A stretch of 64,000 bases of DNA. Origin: Eledone cirrhosa (Eukaryota). The notes under the pieces were generated by a model. The model was not told the DNA's origin, ran no database searches, and saw only the letters and a program-made list of their open reading frames with translations. The stretch spans positions 112,654,001 through 112,718,000 of the forward strand of contig OZ024740.1 of assembly GCA_964016885.1 (NCBI GenBank). The letters are read 5' to 3'. How positions within the stretch are numbered: the first letter of the stretch is position 1; each line of letters begins with the position of its first letter. Shown one piece after another: positions 56,743 to 64,000 of this stretch. The position numbers and the translations under genes were made by a program.

Positions 56743-56970
56743 AAGTATGACCCCGACGGCAGAGCTCAAGCCGTTTCGACGGCTATTTCTGGACTAAAGT
56801 AAGAGTTTTTAGTTTGGTAAATACTCTTACTTTAGTCCAGAAATAGCCGTCGAAACGGCTTGAGCTCTGCCGTCGGGGTCATACTTTCTCCTATTACACA
56901 CTCTACTACCCTAAGTATTGAGTACTCTGGTGCGTTATGGTCCATCAGTTTCCTTACCACAACTCCTTCG

Positions 56971-57007
<37 letters not shown>

Positions 57008-57316
57008 CATACGTATCTGTATATGTGTATATATGTATATATATATTTATGTATATATGTATATGCATATATATATGTATATGTATATATACATATATAT
57101 ATGTGTGTGTGTGTATATGTATATATGTATATGTATACACACATACATATATATGCGTGTGTGTGTATGCATACATGTATATATAATATATATATATATA
57201 ATATAATATAAGAAATATGAATATGACAATATCACAGTTAGAGAATCAATATTTATTATATAGTTGACACGTGTTTCGCCAACCTACAAATGAACAAGAT
57301 CTAGAAATGCTAACCA

Positions 57317-57417
<101 letters not shown>

Positions 57418-57564
57418 ACACCTTCTATATTCGAAAATAAAAACCAGAGCTAAATAAATCTTAACATACGTTAATACTCTAACACCTTAACATGCAAACC
57501 ATACCCCTCCGCAACACACACATAACCCCCCCCCACACACACACATACACCAGCACACAAATAA

Positions 57565-58308
57565 AAATACATATCTCTACTTTCTTTATTTCAATAGAAA
57601 GCCTGAATTTTGACACCTCACCACATCAGCCATACTCACTGAACCAGAACAATTCTCCCCATCCCTTTTTTCTTGACCATTATCTTTTGTTTAGCACAAA
57701 ATTCTCTAAATGGCTATAAAAAAAATTCCCAAATACGGGCACGAATTTAATGTACTTATTCACGTGACAGTCATAACCAATCAAATTACATTTATAAAAA
57801 AACTTTTTTGAGCCATTTTTTTAAGTGAAAAGAAACTCAAACACGAACTGGTGCGAAAGTTGATGTGCTTATTCACGTGACTGCATCAACCAACCAAATT
57901 TCACTCATATATGAAAAAACAATCTGACCCCCCTCCCTTTTTTTTAAAAAAAGCAAATATCATAAGAACTTTGTAACGTGAACTGGCGCGAAATTTTTTA
58001 TACTTATTCACATGACAGTCATCCACCAACCAAATTACTTTTCTAAAAAAAACTAGCATTTCGAGCCACTTTTTTCCACATAAAACAGAAGTAACATTCG
58101 AACACCAACCAGATGCGAGAAAAACCACAAACCCTCCAAACCAACTCTACTTTTGAAAAGCATAAGAACTGCGAAACCGGTAAAGGAACCAAATAAATAT
58201 TCTTAAAAAGACTCCAGTTGCATTTTCCATTTCATCTTTTTTCCTTATACTTTCGCGCGTGTAGGACATCTCGTATTTTTTTCATTTTGGAAAAAAACCC
58301 TCATTTTG

Positions 58309-58347
<39 letters not shown>

Positions 58348-59080
58348 AAAAACGATGAAATCGAAAATGCAACTGGAGTCTTATTTAAATATATATATAT
58401 ATATATTTATTTGGTTCCTTTACCGGTTTCGCAGTTCTTCTGTTTTTCAAAAGTAGAGTTGAGATGGAGGTCTGTGGTTTTTCTCACATCTGGTTGGTCT
58501 CTGAATGTTACTTGTTTTATATGGAAAAAAGTGGCTCGAAATGCCAGGTTTTTAGAGAAGTAATTTGATTGGTTGGTCAAATTACGTTTATTAAAAAAAA
58601 GCCTTCGTGAGCCCCTTTTTTTAAGTAAAAAGAAATTCAACACACACACACACACACACACAAGCACACAAATAAACATACATATCTTTACTTTCTTTAT
58701 TCAATAGAAAATCTGAATTCTGACACCCCAGCGAACTAACCATATTCACTGAACCAGAACAATTCTCCCATCCAATTTCTCGTGACCATTATCTTTTGCT
58801 TGTCATAAAATACTCTAAAAAGGCTACAGAATAGATTTCCAAATAAGGGCGCGAAAATTTAGTGAAAATTTGTTCACGTGACAGCCATAATTCCATTTAT
58901 AACCAATCAAATTACGTTTATTAAAAAAAAGCCTTCGCGAGCCCCCTTTTTTTAAGTAAAAAAAATTCAAACACTCATATATGAAAAAACAACCTGTGTG
59001 TCCCCCCCCCCTTGTTTGAAGAACTTTGTAACGCGAACTGGCGCGAAATTTATTATAATTATTGACCAACCAATCAAATC
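57565..59080. repeat. Complex duplicated repeat: direct copies (57565-58035 and 58672-59080) plus inverted copy (58029-58236 and 58352-58575)
   Basis: Shared catatctctactttctttatt..gaaccagaacaattctccc and recurring ttcacgtgac..ccaatcaaatt units; class unknown. Confidence 0.7.
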
Positions 59081-59407
59081 ATCAGTTTAATTAGATGACC
59101 TCAGCTTTGTGAACACCAGTATTTTCGCAGATGATCGACCATTAATTCGACAATGGGTTGGCTCAACTATTCCAGTTAGCGGAGAAATCTATGGGTACGC
59201 AGGCGTGGCGAGCCGCATGTATGCTAGCCATTAAAAAAGGCAAATGCTTCATCTTCCATGGAGGGTGACTCAAGAATAGAGAGAGAGAAGAATAGACACA
59301 AAATATATACTATCATTTCCCAGTCCAGATTCCTCCTCTGATTAATATTCCTCCACAGTTCCTTCTTTAGAATTCCTCCTATTTGATCCAAGACTTCTCT
59401 GCGGTAC

Positions 59408-61100
59408 TGTTGTTGGAGGTGGTGGTGGTGGTGTTGCTGTTGTTGGAGGTGGTGGTGGTGGTGCTGTTGTTGTTGTTGGAGGTGGTGGTGGTGTCGCTGT
59501 TGTTGTTGTTGGAGGTGGTGGTGGTGTCGCTGTTGTTGTTGTTGTTGTTGGAGGTGGTGGTGGTGGTGTCGCTGTTGTTGTTGTCGGAGGTGGTGGTGTC
59601 GCTGTTGTTGTTGTTGGAGGATGTGGTGGTGGTGTCGCTGTTGTTGTTGTTGGAGGTGATGGTGGTGGTAGTGGTGGTGTTGCTGTTGTTGGAGGTGGTG
59701 GTGGTGTTGCTGTTGTTGTTGTTGGAGGTGGTGGTGGTGGTGGTGGTGGTGGTGGTGGTGTTGCTGTTGTTGTTGTTGGAGGTGGTGGTGGTGGTGTCGC
59801 TGTTGTTGTTATTGTTGGAGGTGGTGGTGGTGGTGGTGTTGCTGTTGTTGTTATTGTTGGAGGTGTTGGTGGTGGTGTTGCTGTTGTTGCTGGAGGTGGT
59901 GGTGGTGGTGTCGCTGTTGTTGTTATTGTTGGAGGTGGTGGTGGTGGTGTTGCTGTTGTTGTTATTGTTGGAGGTGGTGGTGGTGGTGGTGGTGTTGCTG
60001 TTGTTGTTGGAGGTGGTGGTGGTGGTGTCGCTGTTGTTGGAGGTGGTGGTGTTGCTGTTGTCGTTGTTGGAGGTGGTGGTGGTGTCGCTGTTGTTGTTGT
60101 TGGAAGTGGTGGTGGTGGTGGTGTTGTTGTTGTTGGAGGTGGTGGTGGTGGTGGTGCCACTGTTGTTGTTGTTGTTGGGAGTGGTGGTGGTGGTGTTGTT
60201 GTTGTTGTTGGAGGTGGTGGTGGTGGTGTCGCTGTTGTTGTTGTAGGAGGTGGTGGTGGTGGTGCCGCTGTTGTTGTTGTTGGAGGTGGTGGTGTTGGTG
60301 CCGCTGTTGTTGTTGTTGGAGGTGGTGGTGGTGGTGGTGCCGCTGTTGTTGTTGTTGGAGGTGGTGGTGGTGGTGGTGTTGTTGTTGTTGGAGGTGGTGG
60401 TGGTGTTGCTGTTGTTGGAGGTGGTAGTGGTGGTGGTGTTGTTGTTGTTGGAGGTGGTGGTGGTGTTGTTGTTGTTGGAGGTGGTGGTGGCGTTGCCGTT
60501 GTTGTTGTTGTAGTTGGAGGTGATGGTGGTGGTGGTGCCGCTGTTGTTGTTGTTGGAGGTGGTGGTGGTGGTGGTGTTGTTGTTGTTGGAGGTGGTGGTG
60601 GTGGTGTTGTTGTTGTTGGAGGTGGTGGTGGAGGTGGTGTTGCTGTTGTTGGAGGTGGTGGTGGTGTTGTTGTTGTTGGAGGTGGTGGTGGCGTTGCCGC
60701 GTTGCCGTTGTTGTTGTTGTAGTTGGAGGTGGTGGTGGTGGTGCCGCTGTTGTTGTTGTTGGAGGTGGTGTTGTTGCTGTTGTTGTTGTTGGAGGTGCTG
60801 TTGATGGTGTTGTTGTTGGATGTGGTGTTGATGGTGTTGTTGTTGTTGGAGGTGGTGGTGGCGTTGCCGTTGTTGTTGTTGTAGTTGGAGGTGGTGGTGG
60901 TGGTGCCGCTGTTGTTGTTGTTGGAGGTGGTGTTGTTGCTGTTGTTGTTGTTGGAGGTGCTGTTGATGGTGTTGTTGTTGGAGGTGCTGTTGATGGTGTT
61001 GTTGTTGTTGTTGGAGGTGGTAGTAGTGTTGATGTTGTTGTTGGAGGTGGTGGTGGTGATGCTGTTGTTGTTGTTATTGTTGGAGGAGGAGGAGGAGGTT
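59408..61100. repeat. GGT/GTT compound minisatellite (~27-36-bp unit)
   Basis: (gtt)n-gga-(ggt)n-gtc/gtt-gct units. Confidence 0.95.
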
Positions 61101-61289
61101 GTGTGTGTGGTTGCGGCGGGAATGTTAGTTATTGAAGAGGGGAATAGAGATGGCGGTGATGGGGATAGGGGTGGCGTTGAAGGGGCTGTAGATAATTACA
61201 GAGAAACCAGAACAGTGAGGAACCAAGACAGGGTAGTATGTGATTTGGAAATGGCGCTAAGGTTTAACAGGAAGTAAATTACTGACCTA

Positions 61290-62790
61290 TGTGTTGGTGG
61301 TGGTGGTGGTGGTAATAGTAGGTGATGTGTTATGGTGGTGGTGATGGTGGTAGGTGTTGTGTTGTTGTTGTGGTGGTGGTAGGTGATGTGTTGGTGGTGG
61401 TGGTGGTAGGTGTTGTGTTGTGGTGGTGGTGGTAGTTGTTGTGTTGTGGTGGTGGTAGGTGTTGTGTTGTTGTTGGTGGTGGTGGTAATGGTAGATGTTG
61501 TGGTGGTAGTTGTGGTGGTAGTTGTGGTGGTGGTAGGTGTTGTGTTGTTGTTGGAGGTGGTGGTAATGTTAGATGTTGTGGTGGTAGTTGTGGTGGTGGT
61601 AGGTGTTGTTGTTGGTGGTGGTGGTAATGGTAGGTGTTGTGTTGTTGGTGGTGGTGGTAGTAAGTTTTGTGTTGTTGTAGGTGGTGGTGGTGGTAGGTGT
61701 TGTGTTGTTGTTGTTGTTGTTGGTGGTAGGTGTTGTGTTGGTGGTGGTGGTGGTAATGGTAGGTGTGGTGTTGTTGTTGGTGGTGGTGGTAATGGTAAGT
61801 GTTGTGTTGTTGTTGTTGGAGGTGGTGGTGGTAGGTGTTGTGTTGTTGTTGGTAGTGGTGGTAATGGTAGATGTTGTGTTGTTGTTGTTGTTGTTGTTGG
61901 TGACGGTGGTGGTGGTGGTGGTAGATGTTGTGTTGTTGTTGGTGGTAGGTGTTGTGTTGTTGTTCGTCGTGGTGGTAATGGTAGATGTTGTGTTGTTGTT
62001 GTTGGAGATGGTGGTGATGGAGTTGGTGGTAGATGTTGTGTTGTTGTTGTTGGTGGTGGTAATGGTAGGTGTTGTGTTGTTGTTGTTGGTGGTGGTAATG
62101 GTAGGTGTTGTGTTGTTGTTGTTGGAGGTGTTGTGTTGTTGTTGTTGGTAGTGGTGGTGGTGGAGTTGGTGGTAGATGGTGTGTTGTTGTTGTTGCTGGT
62201 GGTAATGGTAGGTGTTGTGTTGTTGTTGTTGGAGGTGTTGTGTTGTTGTTGTTGTTGGTAGTGGTGGTGGTGGAGTTGGTGGTAGATGGTGTGTTGTTGT
62301 TGTTGGTGGTGGTAATGGTAGGTGTTGTGTTGTTGTTGTTGGAGGTGTTGTGTTGTTGTTGTTGGAGGTGTTGTGTTGTTGTTGTTGGAGGTGGTGGTGG
62401 TGGTGGTTATTGTTGTGGTGGAGGTGGTTATTGTGGTGGTGGAGGTGGTTTTATTGGTTACGGGTGGGGCAGTGATTGTTGGGTGTTGGTGATGGCGGTT
62501 GCAGGGTGGTGATGGTAGTGGTAGTGATAGTGATGGTAACATTGATGGCTGTAAAATACTCGTGGTAATAGTTGTGGTGGTGGTAGTAGTGGTGATAGCA
62601 GTGGCAGTGGTAGTGGTGGTGGTAGCGGTGGTAGTGGTAGTTGTGGTGGCAGTAGTGGTGGTGGTAGCGGTAGTAGTGGTAGTGGTGGTAGTAGTGATAA
62701 TGGTAGTGGTAGAGTTAGTTGTGGTGGTGGCAGTGGTGGTGGTGGTAGCGGTGGTAGTAGTGGTAGTGGTAGTGGTAGTGGTGGTGGTGT
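61290..62790. repeat. Second GGT/GTT/AGT compound minisatellite block
   Basis: ggtaatggtaggtgttgtgttgttgtt units grading into (GGTAGT)n. Confidence 0.95.
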
Positions 62791-63060
62791 GAAACAGGCA
62801 GCCATACCTAAGCTTAATACGTGACAGCAGCTTAAATAGGCGTCATTATTGTCATGGAATTGGTGATGGTTATGCCTACTCCACATCCACATCCTACTCT
62901 TACTCATCATCATCATCATCATCATCATCATAATCTTTTCGGCTAACTGTATATTTACAGCCACCAACATTATTATCATTAATTACCAACATGAAAGACT
63001 GCATTAACAAAATCCACCCCACCCCCTCACACACACCCAAACCCGAATCCTCATCAATAC

Positions 63061-63113
<53 letters not shown>

Positions 63114-63444
63114 GTTGTTGCTGCTGCTGCAGGTATTGCTGCTGCTGTTGCTATTGCTGCTGCTTCTGCTGCTCTACTGCTAATAATACTATTATCGCTA
63201 CTACTACCACTACTGCTGCTGTTGCTCTACTACTACTATTATTATTCCTACTAGAGGGCGGTGGATTGGCAGTATCGGTAGAGGGTCAGATGCCATGCTT
63301 TGCAGCATAGAGTTAAGCCCCTTTACGATGTGAGTTCAAATCTCGCCGAGGTTAACTTTGCGTTTCATCCTTACGGGGTCGATAAAATAAAGTACCAGTA
63401 ATGAACTGGGTAATTGCTGGCCTTGTGCCAAAAGTAGAAAGAAT

Positions 63445-63517
<73 letters not shown>

Positions 63518-63749
63518 ACTATTAACCATCACCATCAGAGCCTTCACTTTGTTGTTCATATGCTAGAAATGGTAACTAAATATCCTTTGTAAAAGAGGAC
63601 ACATTGGCTGATCCAAATACAGAATGTCTGATTAAACGACGTGGCGTGGTCACAGCTGGACCTCACTAGTTCATCATCATGATCATCATCATCGTCGTCG
63701 TTGTCACCACCACCACCAACACCATCACCATCACCATCATCACAATCAC

Positions 63750-63781
<32 letters not shown>

Positions 63782-63800
63782 GAAGAAGAAGAAGAAGAAG
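63061..63800. repeat. (CTA)n, (GCT)n, (CAT)n and (GAA)n trinucleotide tracts around a family 2 SINE (63256-63445)
   Basis: Direct reading. Confidence 0.9.
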
Positions 63801-64000
63801 AAGATATCGGTAATAATGGGATAGGTAATATTTGGAGTGGTGCAGCATGGTTGAATCGTTTTATCTCCCTGGATCAGTTCCAGTGAAGTGTATGTTGTAA
63901 TTTAACATAGCCTCGAGTCGACCCAAGCTTTGAGAGTTAAATTAGGTAGACGGAAAATATTTGGAAGCCCATCGAATGATCCGTATTTGTAATTTAAATG

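Overview
AT-rich, microsatellite-saturated eukaryotic intergenic or intronic DNA. The SINE families and repeat style suggest an octopus/coleoid genome (inference). I found no supportable host protein-coding gene; nearly all track ORFs are translations of simple repeats. Content: a frameshifted RTE-clade LINE with three C-terminal C2H2 fingers (1-2347); four non-autonomous bipartite RTE derivatives with (TGTA)n tails; R4/Dong-clade RLE LINE fragments inserted in (TACA)n arrays; a decayed CR1-type LINE; a mariner remnant; a non-autonomous Helitron; a 5S rRNA-like copy; three tRNA-derived SINE families; and a 3.4-kb GGT/GTT minisatellite. The most striking signal is a dense population of small elements inserted in (TA)n tracts that carry minimal type I hammerhead-ribozyme motifs (CTGANGA...GAAA, often with a palindromic stem III). 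They come as partial tandem or fold-back copies, and one is linked to a Penelope-type GIY-YIG C-terminus (51960-53783). One locus has two hammerheads 532 nt apart in direct tandem (retrozyme/pLTR-like). All assignments are by eye; coordinates of degraded elements are approximate.
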